64,000 bases of DNA, from NCBI GenBank assembly GCA_963803145.1, contig CAWDLW010000008.1, forward strand, positions 500,944 to 564,943, in the 5' to 3' direction. This DNA comes from Methanotrichaceae archaeon. Its GTDB lineage: Archaea; Halobacteriota; Methanosarcinia; Methanotrichales; Methanotrichaceae. The notes under the pieces were generated by a model. The model made no database searches. It had not been told where the DNA came from and saw only the letters and a list, made by a program, of their open reading frames with translations. A program made the position numbers and the translations under genes. Of the stretch, positions 19,575-30,032 are shown in pieces; the first letter of the stretch is position 1, and each line of letters begins with the position of its first letter.

Positions 19575-19810
19575 AGTATCTCCCACTTTAAACTGACTTA
19601 TACCAGGTGGCTGTAGTATCGAAGCTTGAATAGATATAAAGATGTAGTATGCCGGTACTGCTGCGTATAGAGCTGCTGCGGCAAAGATTGTGTTAAAGGG
19701 ATTCAGTTATCAAAAATATCTAATAGTCTCCCTTATCGCTAAGATATTTGATAAAAAGGGAGCCTAAAGGCATTATTCGCTGAGCTTGCCTTCAGACTAA
19801 CGATCAGTTC

Positions 19811-20869
19811 CTAATCGCAATAGAACTCTGCTATCGGTTGAGGATAACCATGTTCAATCATGGTATTTATGCATTGAGCCCTATCATAATTAGGACTCAT
19901 CCTCGAAGTACTGCCCTCAAACTCCAGCCAGCCCTGTGATGCAGTTACGCCAGTTTTTTTGGCCACGCTATTTCCGCCAATGCTTTTTGCCCTGCTATCA
20001 AAGAATATGTCAGATTTGACCACGGCATCCGGCATAAAGGGATATTGCCAATATTTTGTCGAGGTAGCACCATTTGAATTCAGAGTTGCATAGAGCCATT
20101 TAGTCTTTGGGGCTTGATCCAATCTAACTTGAACATCTTTGTTCACGCCATCTGAAACAGCCTCATAGCCCAGGATATTTTCGTCTTCATCGAAGACAAC
20201 TACGAACGAAGGCCCTTTGCTGATTACTTGAGGAAGTATTACTATGCCAGCAGGATCATCGCCAGTTTGAGTCCTGACCATGATCGATGGAGGCTGAATT
20301 GTTGCAGCCTTTGTCTCCAGTATGATGTTCCCTTCTGTCAAATGGAATGTATTCAACATATCCTTGGTCATATTATCTGGCAGCTGGAGGATCATCTCAA
20401 CTTTCGTCTTTCCTACAAGGAAGTCATAGCCCTCAATCTTCTTGCTGTCCAGCCAGACCTCAACAGCACTGCTATTGGCTGTTTTATTATCCATGGCTCC
20501 AGATAATGTTGTTGATATCATCTGTCCAACTTTTCCATCGATTGTAGGATAAGATACGCTGAAGTTACTGATCGTAGGATCATTTTCCAGATAGAGCTGC
20601 TGCCAGAATGTACACGGGAAGTCTGCAAGTTGCCAGTTATTGTATTTTATTATGCCCACAGCAGCCCTTGTATCATTGTCAAACCTTACTTCAAACATAT
20701 AGCTTGAAGAATTGTTTTCAATAGATTCGGGGTGCAGTGTTATACTATAATTCCTTGTGGTGTTCAGATCAAAGGAAGCGTTATATGGACCTGCCGATAT
20801 CTCTTCATGCTTTGCCAAAGCAGATGTGACAAGCAGGGCCATCACGGCTAAGATAAACAACGCTTTCAT
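19811..20869 (-). CDS. Secreted hypothetical protein
   Basis: Signal peptide; GPYNASFDLN N-terminal motif; two-domain appearance. Confidence 0.8.
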   Translation of the reverse strand: MKALFILAVMALLVTSALAKHEEISAGPYNASFDLNTTRNYSITLHPESIENNSSSYMFEVRFDNDTRAAVGIIKYNNWQLADFPCTFWQQLYLENDPTISNFSVSYPTIDGKVGQMISTTLSGAMDNKTANSSAVEVWLDSKKIEGYDFLVGKTKVEMILQLPDNMTKDMLNTFHLTEGNIILETKAATIQPPSIMVRTQTGDDPAGIVILPQVISKGPSFVVVFDEDENILGYEAVSDGVNKDVQVRLDQAPKTKWLYATLNSNGATSTKYWQYPFMPDAVVKSDIFFDSRAKSIGGNSVAKKTGVTASQGWLEFEGSTSRMSPNYDRAQCINTMIEHGYPQPIAEFYCD

Positions 20870-21295
20870 ATTTTATCCCTCCGGATTCCTAAAGGATTTT
20901 TAGGATATTTCCTCCCAACGATTGTTGCAAGCATATAAATCTTTTCAGTTTCTAAAAGCATTTTGCGTATAGAATGATATATGTAGAAAACAAATGAAAA
21001 TAAAATTGTTACACGATTATATTCCCTCAATTTATGTGGAGGTTTAGGGGAGGAAAGGGCTGTAAAGCGAAGAGTATGCCATCTAATGCCACTCTAGCGG
21101 CTTCCACCTGCCTACATCCCCTCCAAGCGGCCAATTCATAATCGAACGATTCTCTATTTGACCTGCTCATAGATTGCTCAGGCATTGATTTTGCTACGAG
21201 CACAATCAGAGCAGCCGCTATCTGTCGCGTTTTTTTATCATTTACCCCTATTTTGGTCCAGTAATTAAACGCTGTCTTTTGAGGAACACTCCCAT

Positions 21296-22591
21296 TCACA
21301 TCAGCTGAATTGGATTAGCTGGCTCAGGCTGCGGCTCAGGATAAGGTTGAGGTTGAGGTTGAGGTTCAGGCATTAGATTAATCGGCTGAATTGCAACCTC
21401 TCCCACTTCAATATATGCACTATCTCTTGCACAACCTCCATCATTACATGCCGATAGAGTGAAAGCTGTGCTATATGATGGACTGACAGAAATCGAGCCG
21501 CTTGAGCCTACGCGTCTGCCGTTGATATCCACTCCATCGGCCCCAGAAACGCTCCAGCTCAAAGTAGTGCTGTCTCCTCTTGAAATAACACCTTTGCTGG
21601 CGCCGAAATAATTGATTACAGGCGGCCGCGGTCTTGGCGTCACTGATATCTGTGCAGTGGCGGCAGTGCTTCCAGCATCGTTTGATGCAGTTAAAGTATA
21701 GGTAGTTGTAGAAGAAGGTCTAATGAGGCGTGAGCCTGTTGAGGGAACAGGACCTATTCTATCTATCGCTATATTGGAGGCGCCCGAAACGCTCCAGTAT
21801 AAGGTAGTGCTCTGTCCGTCTATAATACGCCTTGAATCGGCATAAAAGGAATTGATCACAGGCTTGCTTTGGGTCGGCCTCTCAACAGCCACGACTGTGT
21901 GTGCTGTAACCACCTCTCCAGCGTTTTTGGCTGCAAGGACATAGGTGGTTGTACCAACAGGCATTATAGCCATCGATCCCTTGAGAGCTACCTTCCCAAG
22001 ACCAGATATTGTGACCTCTGTAGCATCGGAGACCGACCACGAGAGCGTAGTGCTTTCTCCATTCTTTATTGTAGATGGTGTTGCCTGGAAGTATCTGATC
22101 ACAGGTTGTGTTATCACTGGTTGCTTGATTTCTCTCGGCATCGCCAGGCTTTTGTTTACAATCACACTCGTATTGGCGGTGGTATTTCCGACTGCGTTTT
22201 CGGCGATCAAAGTATAGTTCGTGCTGTTGATCGGGCGAACGAAAATGGAGCCGTTAATCTCCGATATGCCTGATGAGCTGTTCCCAAGGTTGAGGATGAT
22301 TCCTCCAGGATCTACGAATAGGATATCTGCGCGAGAGACTGTCCAATTTAGGGTGGCATTCCCTCCGGAATTCACTATGCTCGGGCTCGCCTCAAAAAGA
22401 TGAATGACCGGCCTGCCGGAGACGCTATCCACTGCGGGAGATGCCATACAGGGCATAGCCTGCAGAATAAGTGCCGTGATTAAGATCCCTGAAATTAAGA
22501 ATGCCAGTGACCTATGGCTTCCAATATTTATCGGCAAAAAGCTCTTACATATCATTTCGCCACTTCTGCTGGCGACATCTACTTTATTCAC
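21296..22591 (-). CDS. Cell-surface protein with four Ig-like (PKD-like) repeats and Pro/Gln tail
   Basis: Four copies of PVIxxFxA...GxSTTLSWSVSGA...TYTLxAxN; PEPQPQPQP tail. Confidence 0.85.
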   Translation of the reverse strand: MNKVDVASRSGEMICKSFLPINIGSHRSLAFLISGILITALILQAMPCMASPAVDSVSGRPVIHLFEASPSIVNSGGNATLNWTVSRADILFVDPGGIILNLGNSSSGISEINGSIFVRPINSTNYTLIAENAVGNTTANTSVIVNKSLAMPREIKQPVITQPVIRYFQATPSTIKNGESTTLSWSVSDATEVTISGLGKVALKGSMAIMPVGTTTYVLAAKNAGEVVTAHTVVAVERPTQSKPVINSFYADSRRIIDGQSTTLYWSVSGASNIAIDRIGPVPSTGSRLIRPSSTTTYTLTASNDAGSTAATAQISVTPRPRPPVINYFGASKGVISRGDSTTLSWSVSGADGVDINGRRVGSSGSISVSPSYSTAFTLSACNDGGCARDSAYIEVGEVAIQPINLMPEPQPQPQPYPEPQPEPANPIQLM

Positions 22592-23002
22592 AATTTATCC
22601 CTCCTACTATCTATGTTCGTTTATAAGCGCAAATCGTAAATGTTTCGAAAAACGCTGGACCAATAGTATAAATTAATATCGACGAGTCATATCCAGATTA
22701 TTTGGGCCCCTTCGAATTAATAGCTAAAGGATGGAAGTGAGATTCACCGATTGTATGTTGAACATTCAGAGGGTGGAAGACGGTTGAATGCATAAAAGCA
22801 TCTGAGCTCTATTTGAGCTCTGTTTCCTGGGCCATGGTTGATCAACTTAAAGCTTGGGTGCTCCTCGGCAATCTCAGCTATCTCTTGCATAGGAACCTTT
22901 GCACAGGCGTGCCTATCAAAAGTATTTAACCAGTGAGATAACAAACATATGCTAACCTAAGAGGAATAGCATGGATAGTGTAACTGAATCCAAAATACAG
23001 GA

Positions 23003-23464
23003 ATGGTGGTGATAGAGATGGCCAAGGTTCTGATCGTATATCATACCTTATCCGGAAACACTGAGAAGATGGCAAAGGCATTCGCTGAAGGTGCCAGAAG
23101 CGTCCCGGGCACTGAGGCCGTTCTTAAGAAGGCATTAGATGCAGGCTTGGAGGATCTTCTAAGATGTGACGCCGTAGCATTTGGATCTGCCGATTACTTC
23201 AGCTATATAGCAGGAGCGCTCAAAGATTTCTTCGATCGCACTTACTACCCTTCTCAGGGTAAGGTGGCAGGGAAACCATATGCTGCATTTGCAACTGGAG
23301 GAAGAGGTGGAGATACAGCTCTTGCAGTGCTCGATCGCCTGTGCGGCGCATTCAAGCTCGAGAAGTCGGTAGACAGCATATCTGTCTCAGGAGCGCCGTC
23401 CTCAGATGTTTTGGCTAAATGCAAAGATGCAGGAGAGAAATTGGCGAAGATTGTCTCGAAGTAA
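23003..23464 (+). CDS. Flavodoxin family protein (WrbA-like)
   Basis: VYHTLSGNTEKMA FMN-binding loop; GALKDFFDR. Confidence 0.9.
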   Translation: MVVIEMAKVLIVYHTLSGNTEKMAKAFAEGARSVPGTEAVLKKALDAGLEDLLRCDAVAFGSADYFSYIAGALKDFFDRTYYPSQGKVAGKPYAAFATGGRGGDTALAVLDRLCGAFKLEKSVDSISVSGAPSSDVLAKCKDAGEKLAKIVSK

Positions 23465-23754
23465 TTGTGACTGCTTGGCGCTGCTCAAACATAGGCTCAA
23501 ACATGGCATCTGAAAAAACGATGTAGCATACACTATTTACCGTTGAGTCCTCAGCAGCCTAGTTCAACTGTCTACCAAATGTGCGGAAATCTTGCTTCCG
23601 CACATATTTAGCCATCTATCCCTTATCACTCTGCCATATCGCTATCATCTTCCTTCATTCCTCCATTAGCACCGCATGTATTGATCATGCCCCGCCATGT
23701 TTTCCAGGGGAACATATTCTCTCTTTTTATACTAGAACAGTATTCCCATTTTTC

Positions 23755-24357
23755 ATGATAGATTCCAGCATTCTGGCAGGATTTGTGCCCTGGATAGTCT
23801 TTGCAATAGCATCCGGCTTTGTAGGCACGAGGATGGCCGCGTTCATTGGCCTGGCCCTGACACTAATCCTCTTCCTACCGCGTGCTCTGAAAAGGATTTA
23901 TACTTCCATGGACCTCTTCGGTGTAGTCTTCTTCTTGCTCCTGGCATTATCTAGCCTTACTCTTAGCGATAGTAACCTTGAGCGCCTTAAGATCTGGTCA
24001 GGAGTGCTGATCTACGGCGGCCTCTCGGTCTTTTCCTGGGCCACCATCTTGAGAGGCGATCCCTTCACAAGAGAGTATGCAAGACGCATGGTTCCCAAGG
24101 AGTTCTGGCAGAGCAGCCTATTCTTGAACTCCACTAAATCCATTGCTCTCGGATGGAGCGCTGCCTTCCTGGGAGCCACTGTCATTTCTTTGGCAGGCGT
24201 TCTGATGGGCTTCAGAAGTTCGCTTATTTACTCTCTGGGCATCGGGTGCATGATCATTGCTATCCTCTGGCATAGGAGGGTGTACGCTGCTACTCAAGCT
24301 GAAGGGAAACGGTTGAGAGATGCTGGCCATAAGGATAGAGCGCTTCAGCCACCCTAG
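23755..24357 (+). CDS. Multi-pass membrane protein
   Basis: GFVPWIVF, PFTREYAR motifs; start taken at MIDSS. Confidence 0.75.
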   Translation: MIDSSILAGFVPWIVFAIASGFVGTRMAAFIGLALTLILFLPRALKRIYTSMDLFGVVFFLLLALSSLTLSDSNLERLKIWSGVLIYGGLSVFSWATILRGDPFTREYARRMVPKEFWQSSLFLNSTKSIALGWSAAFLGATVISLAGVLMGFRSSLIYSLGIGCMIIAILWHRRVYAATQAEGKRLRDAGHKDRALQPP

Positions 24358-24606
24358 CTATTTTTGATATTCCGCAGAGATCAATTACTGCATCATTCGC
24401 TTGGCTGTCTTCGGCCTTGCGATTAAATGCGATTACTTTCATAATGCTATGCCTCTAAGGGGTGGCTCAAAGCCGGACTATTTATACCCTTCTTAAGGAT
24501 ATCGAAAGCTCTCCGAGCCTGCCATTGAGATCTGAATTCCAGATTGATTTCATAGGCCTTTCAGCATTTTCGCATAAGATGAAGCCTGAATAAGCCGATA
24601 ACAGAA

Positions 24607-24668
24607 AAAGGTTTTGAGTAGGGCTATGGTGGCTTGAACGCCGGTCACAAGACACTCAAGATTGTAGG
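24607..24668 (-). repeat. Degenerate copy of tRNA-Pro 3' half (attR-like)
   Basis: Aligns to 41098-41158 with identical core TTGAACGCCGGTCACAAGAC and shared flank AAAGGTTTTG. Confidence 0.85.
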
Positions 24669-24734
24669 CAATTGGGGCGTCTCATGATCTTAAGTCCCCA
24701 CGATTGCCTCTATAAAGGTGAAAGCGTTCTTATC

Positions 24735-25340
24735 CTAATTTCTCACCCTACACCGTCCCATTTCTCTGCCGAATTTCCCAGAGTTCGCCAGGATCAGTGC
24801 ATCGTATTTGCCACTGAAATTGCCGCTATTCATGGTTAGCTTACCCTGCCCTACAAGGCTATTTTCAAGGATCGTGAAATCCAATGAGATATGGCCTACA
24901 ACTGCTGTACTGTTGTTTATATTAGCGAGTGTTATTGGACCTGCTATATCTGCTCCTATGTTTGAATTATTATCATCTTCAGTCTTAGATGTAATATTGG
25001 ACAGCTTATAGAGGTTACCTCCAAGAACTAAGCTTCCATTATAGGATGCATCATCCATCTCAGTCATTACCTGATCCTTTATGTCGGATTTAATCTGTCC
25101 AAGGGTCTTGTTATCGGAAATGAGCTTGCCGATTTTTGCAGGATCGAACTCGGCTATGCCCAAAATCCCTATCTTGAGAAGGTGGACTTCGCTGCCGTTT
25201 ATGGCAAAGCCGCTGCCAGAATGCTGGACTAGCAAGATCAACGAGGAGGACTGATTCGACGGTGCACAAAGAGCTGGCATGACTAAGAGGCAAAGAGCCA
25301 TAGCTGCAGCCAGTATTAAGGATTTGGTTGAATGTTTCAT
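24735..25340 (-). CDS. Secreted hypothetical protein
   Basis: Signal peptide; GGAG RBS. Confidence 0.8.
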   Translation of the reverse strand: MKHSTKSLILAAAMALCLLVMPALCAPSNQSSSLILLVQHSGSGFAINGSEVHLLKIGILGIAEFDPAKIGKLISDNKTLGQIKSDIKDQVMTEMDDASYNGSLVLGGNLYKLSNITSKTEDDNNSNIGADIAGPITLANINNSTAVVGHISLDFTILENSLVGQGKLTMNSGNFSGKYDALILANSGKFGREMGRCRVRN

Positions 25341-25640
25341 ATTTCACATATCTCCCTTTAGTTTCTCACCTAATGGCGTATGAAGCCTATTAGATGACTT
25401 ATTTCCCCAAGCCTACTATTGCCGATTCTAATTATATAAAGCTTGCTAAGTCATGCAAAAATAAGCCGAATTAATTATCATTAGTAATATTCTGGACATA
25501 GCATTCAGTTGATGCAGATGTAGGAATCATCTCATAATGCTATCGATTATTAGTTGTCCCACACATGGGAAACCACGGGAAATTGGGGAAATCGATAAAT
25601 CCTCAACTACCCCAATTTTCCCATTATCTCAGACTCACAC

Positions 25641-26180
25641 CTAAGATAGATTTACGTTTGTATCTGTTGCTAATGAGTTCATCAAATCTAAATCAACCTT
25701 ACCATTCTCATTCCAGAGCACATAGAAATCGATCCTATCGTCGTGATTGAAATCGAAGGTTCGCATAGACCTAGTGATGTATTTTGATGCGCGCATCATA
25801 TGACCCGTCGCAACATAATCGCCATTATCCAGCTTATAGATAGATGGATTAGTGTACAGGTTGCCGTCTGCATCATGGTTCCAAAGCTTCTGTATGTTGT
25901 CTAGGGAGGTATCTCTCGACTCCCAGGTAGAGGGGCTGTGCGGCAAAATGAATAAGCTATCCCCAGTGCTCAAGTCCACTGTTATCAGCTTTCCAAGTTC
26001 GTTATTAGTTCCATTAGTCGTTCCATTATTAGCCCCAGCGCCCCATTGAACATTCGCAGTAACTGTAGGCGGTGTAGAGAAGCTAATCTCAAACGTGCTG
26101 TATTTATGACTGTATTCTTCACCTGCTACAATTCCGGCGGTAATTGCCAGTGCAAATATTATGCAGAGCATAATTTTCAT
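25641..26180 (-). CDS. Secreted hypothetical protein
   Basis: Signal peptide from MKIMLCIIF. Confidence 0.7.
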   Translation of the reverse strand: MKIMLCIIFALAITAGIVAGEEYSHKYSTFEISFSTPPTVTANVQWGAGANNGTTNGTNNELGKLITVDLSTGDSLFILPHSPSTWESRDTSLDNIQKLWNHDADGNLYTNPSIYKLDNGDYVATGHMMRASKYITRSMRTFDFNHDDRIDFYVLWNENGKVDLDLMNSLATDTNVNLS

Positions 26181-26417
26181 GACCAATTCATCCCCTTCAT
26201 AATTAAGTATTTTAGTAAGTAATAAAAAGCTTTTGGTGAAACTATTTAAGGAACTGATATGTACTTCTTCAGGCATTAATTACCGAAATGGTTTATAATT
26301 TTGGTGTAAGTTAATTTATAAAAAAAGGTGGGCGGCTATCTGGCTGAGCACTCATAGGCCCACCCTTATAAACCGCCATTATTTACTACCCTTTGTAAGC
26401 CACTCTTGTAAGCAATT

Positions 26418-28415
26418 CTAGCTTAAAGTTCCATTATTCAGCTCATCCAGCTGATTCACCCTGAGCTTTACTATATCCATGGCATCCTCGAAGAGCTTCC
26501 TGTTGATCTCCAGCCCGAAGTACTTCTTGAGCTTCTCAGGCGGAGTCATAGTAGTGCCTGCCGAAAGATATGCAACATAGTTCTTGTTGAACTCCTGAGG
26601 ATTCTCTTTGTACATCTTGAAGAGTGACAGGGTTATGGCCTCAGACAGAGCATAGTTGAAGGTGTAATAGTTATCTGTGAAGTAGATATGGCTAATATAA
26701 GTCCACCTCTGCTCGCTCTGAGGGTAGTAGGCAACTTCATTGCTCTTGTATTCATTCTCAAGGCTGCCCCAAAGGGCATTCAGATCTGAACCGCTAACGT
26801 TTGCCTTCTGGTTTGCCTCTTTGCTAACAAGTTGATGGGCATTATGCTCAAACTCAGTGATCATGGTCTGGAATGTGAATTCATTGGCATAATCGCTGAT
26901 ATGATTGGCCAAGACTGCCGTGGCTGTATCTTTATCGTAGTTCTTGATGGCATAATCCATGAAGAGCTCCTCATCGAAGGTGGAAGGTATCTCCATCTCG
27001 TATATGGTGCCTCCGCAATAGATGTAATCCAGAGACTGCCCCATGAGGTAGAAGTCGATGGCGTGGCCCATCTCATGGGCTATGGTGGATTTGTCATCAA
27101 TCAGCCCTTTATAGTTCAGGAATACGAGCGCGGGACGCTTCAGAGCGCAGAGATCCTGTGTATATTGTATGGTTTGCTTTTCTGGATTCGGATAAACATC
27201 TACAGAGTTGCTTGTGACGGTCTTTATGAATGCCTGATCGAATGCCGGATCCATCTGGGAAAGTGATCCCTCGATCTCCTTTACGGCATCAATATAGCTA
27301 GTTTTCTTGTTAGGATCCTTCATGAGCTGAAGGAAGAGATCGTATGGTGCAAGCTTTTCGACGCCCATCTTCGCTCTGCGGAACTCATAATATCCGTCGA
27401 AGTCTCCTTTTCGCTCCTTGAATACCTGGTTCATCTCATCTATCTGTGATGCGTTTAGATATGATTCAAACATCATGGCATCATAAGCATCTGAGTAGTT
27501 CAGCTCCCGGGCATATTTATCATCGAGCTTCGATTTATTGACATAGAGGGACCCCATCTCGTTCGATTCGTTAAGCAGATGGCGGTAACGCAGATCGTAG
27601 CAGTTCTTCCGATCGCTTCTATTTGTGTTGGTCATGAGAAGATCGTAGTAAGATGTGGAATTGACGGCGAACTGCTGTCCGTTTGCAAGAGTTATGTTCC
27701 CTGCTTGGGTTACATTATTGGTGATCAACTTCTCGGCTGTGGTATCAAGCTTCATGAGCTGATTGGAAAGATCTGCCAGATATGCAGCTTGCGTCTCATT
27801 CCTGGGGCGGTGATCAACAAAGCGGATATAGCTCGCCTCCAGATAGGGACGGTATTTCTCCAACCGAGGCTCCCCAGCAAATAGCCTGTCCCACTCCGAT
27901 CTTGGCAGCGACTTCAGCTTCACATCGGCAAACGAAGTGGCCTTAGTATAATTAGTGGACAGGTTCTGGACATCGGAGAGGAATGCCTGATAGAACATAT
28001 CATTGACATCTAGGCTGTTCTGTGCATTTGCATAAGCATATAGGACGTTCAATGACTTAGAGAAGTTTTCATCACTTTGGATATAATCAAGCAGCACTGT
28101 TCCTGTCAGGTTATTGAACCTCGGCCGGAAGGTCTGGTTGACCTGTTCTATTGTTAGATTCAGCTTCTGATACTCGAGCTTAGCAGCATCCTTGTCCTTA
28201 TAGAGAAATGACAGATTCCAAGAGGTGGTGATCTTGCTGGCATCAAGGCTTGGTGCAGTGACGTTTCCTGAGGCGTTCAACGGCTGAGCAGCTTCTGCGG
28301 AAGCAACCAGAATGGCTGCCGTAACCGTAGATATGATGACTGCTATGCCGACTAGTACTAAATGGTTCATCTTCTTACTCCCTTTAGATATGAGATTTTG
28401 ATCACTATAGCCCAT
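26418..28415 (-). CDS. pepF: Oligoendopeptidase F (M3B zinc peptidase) with signal peptide
   Basis: WNLSFLY N-terminus, AHEMGHA zinc motif, EIPSTFDE, HIY...YYTFNYA. Confidence 0.9.
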   Translation of the reverse strand: MGYSDQNLISKGSKKMNHLVLVGIAVIISTVTAAILVASAEAAQPLNASGNVTAPSLDASKITTSWNLSFLYKDKDAAKLEYQKLNLTIEQVNQTFRPRFNNLTGTVLLDYIQSDENFSKSLNVLYAYANAQNSLDVNDMFYQAFLSDVQNLSTNYTKATSFADVKLKSLPRSEWDRLFAGEPRLEKYRPYLEASYIRFVDHRPRNETQAAYLADLSNQLMKLDTTAEKLITNNVTQAGNITLANGQQFAVNSTSYYDLLMTNTNRSDRKNCYDLRYRHLLNESNEMGSLYVNKSKLDDKYARELNYSDAYDAMMFESYLNASQIDEMNQVFKERKGDFDGYYEFRRAKMGVEKLAPYDLFLQLMKDPNKKTSYIDAVKEIEGSLSQMDPAFDQAFIKTVTSNSVDVYPNPEKQTIQYTQDLCALKRPALVFLNYKGLIDDKSTIAHEMGHAIDFYLMGQSLDYIYCGGTIYEMEIPSTFDEELFMDYAIKNYDKDTATAVLANHISDYANEFTFQTMITEFEHNAHQLVSKEANQKANVSGSDLNALWGSLENEYKSNEVAYYPQSEQRWTYISHIYFTDNYYTFNYALSEAITLSLFKMYKENPQEFNKNYVAYLSAGTTMTPPEKLKKYFGLEINRKLFEDAMDIVKLRVNQLDELNNGTLS

Positions 28416-28769
28416 CGATGGGCAGGGCTGAATCTGTAAGCACTTCTTCTTAAAACCTTTTGTTTAGAAATCAGTTCTCGAAAAACGACTGATCTGATTA
28501 AAATACTGCTACTTGGGAGAGATCTGAATTGAAAATAAAAAACGATAATTTTAATTATCTATCGAAGAGCTTATTTGAAGCATCACAGATCGTTCATAAG
28601 AAATGCCGATACGAATATTTTTTACAATCAGAGTATTCTTAACACCCATATTGATGGCCTTTTCTTATTTGAGTTTAACTTTATTTTATTAGAGAATAGA
28701 CTGTATTAGTGTTAATTTTGAGCTAGTAATTGGTCTTTCATTTTGGGGAAGATATGGAGGCAGGTTGTT

Positions 28770-29717
28770 ATGAGAAGTCTGATTATTATAGTTTTGGGCC
28801 TGATGCTGCTTGTATCTACTGCAGCAGCCCTAGGTAACGAAAATAACGGGATTGTAACGGTAAATGAAGAAACGACAGGCACGCTGATTACAGGAGCGAA
28901 TCTTGCCCAGGTGGACGATATCAGTGCCAATCTAATAGGCAGCAATATCTTTGCTGGCCAGATTGCAGGCTTAATGATCGATGATGGCAACCTCGTAGGA
29001 CAAAACGATGGCAAGACGAACGCCATACAGGTGGCCAATCTGATGCTCAATGATACAGGCAGCGCAAATGTTGATTCGCAGTTTGTAGCAATCGATCAGG
29101 ATGAGAACGATCTGACAATTGGGAACATAACTCAGTTGACTGCGCTGGAAGCTGATGATATAGCTTCCGAGAACTCCATAGATCAATCGTCCTCATCCTC
29201 TGCAGGTAACTTTTTTGGATTCATGGAGCCAAACTTACTGACAAATAGTGATTTGAAACAGACATCTATTCTCGATGCATGTGTAAATGGAAATATCAAC
29301 AATGTAGTCCAGGGGACTGATCAGTTTATCACAGATAATACCCTGACCAGCTCCAAGCTCTATGAACAGGCAAACATCAACGCCAATATCCTTGGCAACG
29401 AAAACAATTTAGGTCTTGGTAGTCAGGGCGTCTTCCAGATTGCCGACAGCAACCTTCTGACCGGTTCCTCGGCCAGCCAGCGGATATATCTGGATGAGCA
29501 ATCCTCAGGAAGCCTCAATGATGTAAGCCAGCTTGCCAGACCATTTCTCTTTGATAACACTCTAACTTCGAGCACAGCGTTACAGAGCATCGATGTGGAG
29601 ACCAGAACATTAGGAGATAGCAACACCTTTGGTCAGAATGTTGATCTCCTAAGTCAGGGTAATAGTGCAGTTGGCGGTCAACTGGTACAGATTACCAATA
29701 TCGAAACCAACAGCTAA
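28770..29717 (+). CDS. Secreted Asn/Gln-rich ~35-aa repeat protein (curlin/FapC-like beta-solenoid candidate)
   Basis: GGAGG RBS, signal peptide, 7-8 repeats of NxLTxSxxxQx(9)GxxNxxxQ. Confidence 0.8.
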   Translation: MRSLIIIVLGLMLLVSTAAALGNENNGIVTVNEETTGTLITGANLAQVDDISANLIGSNIFAGQIAGLMIDDGNLVGQNDGKTNAIQVANLMLNDTGSANVDSQFVAIDQDENDLTIGNITQLTALEADDIASENSIDQSSSSSAGNFFGFMEPNLLTNSDLKQTSILDACVNGNINNVVQGTDQFITDNTLTSSKLYEQANINANILGNENNLGLGSQGVFQIADSNLLTGSSASQRIYLDEQSSGSLNDVSQLARPFLFDNTLTSSTALQSIDVETRTLGDSNTFGQNVDLLSQGNSAVGGQLVQITNIETNS

Positions 29718-30032
29718 AAGGCGAGAGCTATCTCGCCTCAAATTGTATTTCAAGCAGTCTGATTATCACATCAGCTTTATTTCAAAAGCAACCGCAGCTG
29801 ATCAATCGTCATGGTATTTAATCAATTTATAGTGATTCTCCTAGCTTCTTACCCAAACAGTTCTGGCCATCGGTCCTCTCAATGCTGATTCTATCGGGGA
29901 GTATATGTTAAAGGATGCACTATATACCGACTGGTAATATGATTCTTACACAAACCATGAAATCATGATGACACTTCTCCGAGGTTTGAGCAATGGTAAA
30001 GAATATCTGCGATCTCTACAATTAAGGAAAGA

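Noticed and set aside
22744-22944. Short minus-strand ORF
   Set aside because: Could not assign a family; insufficient support.
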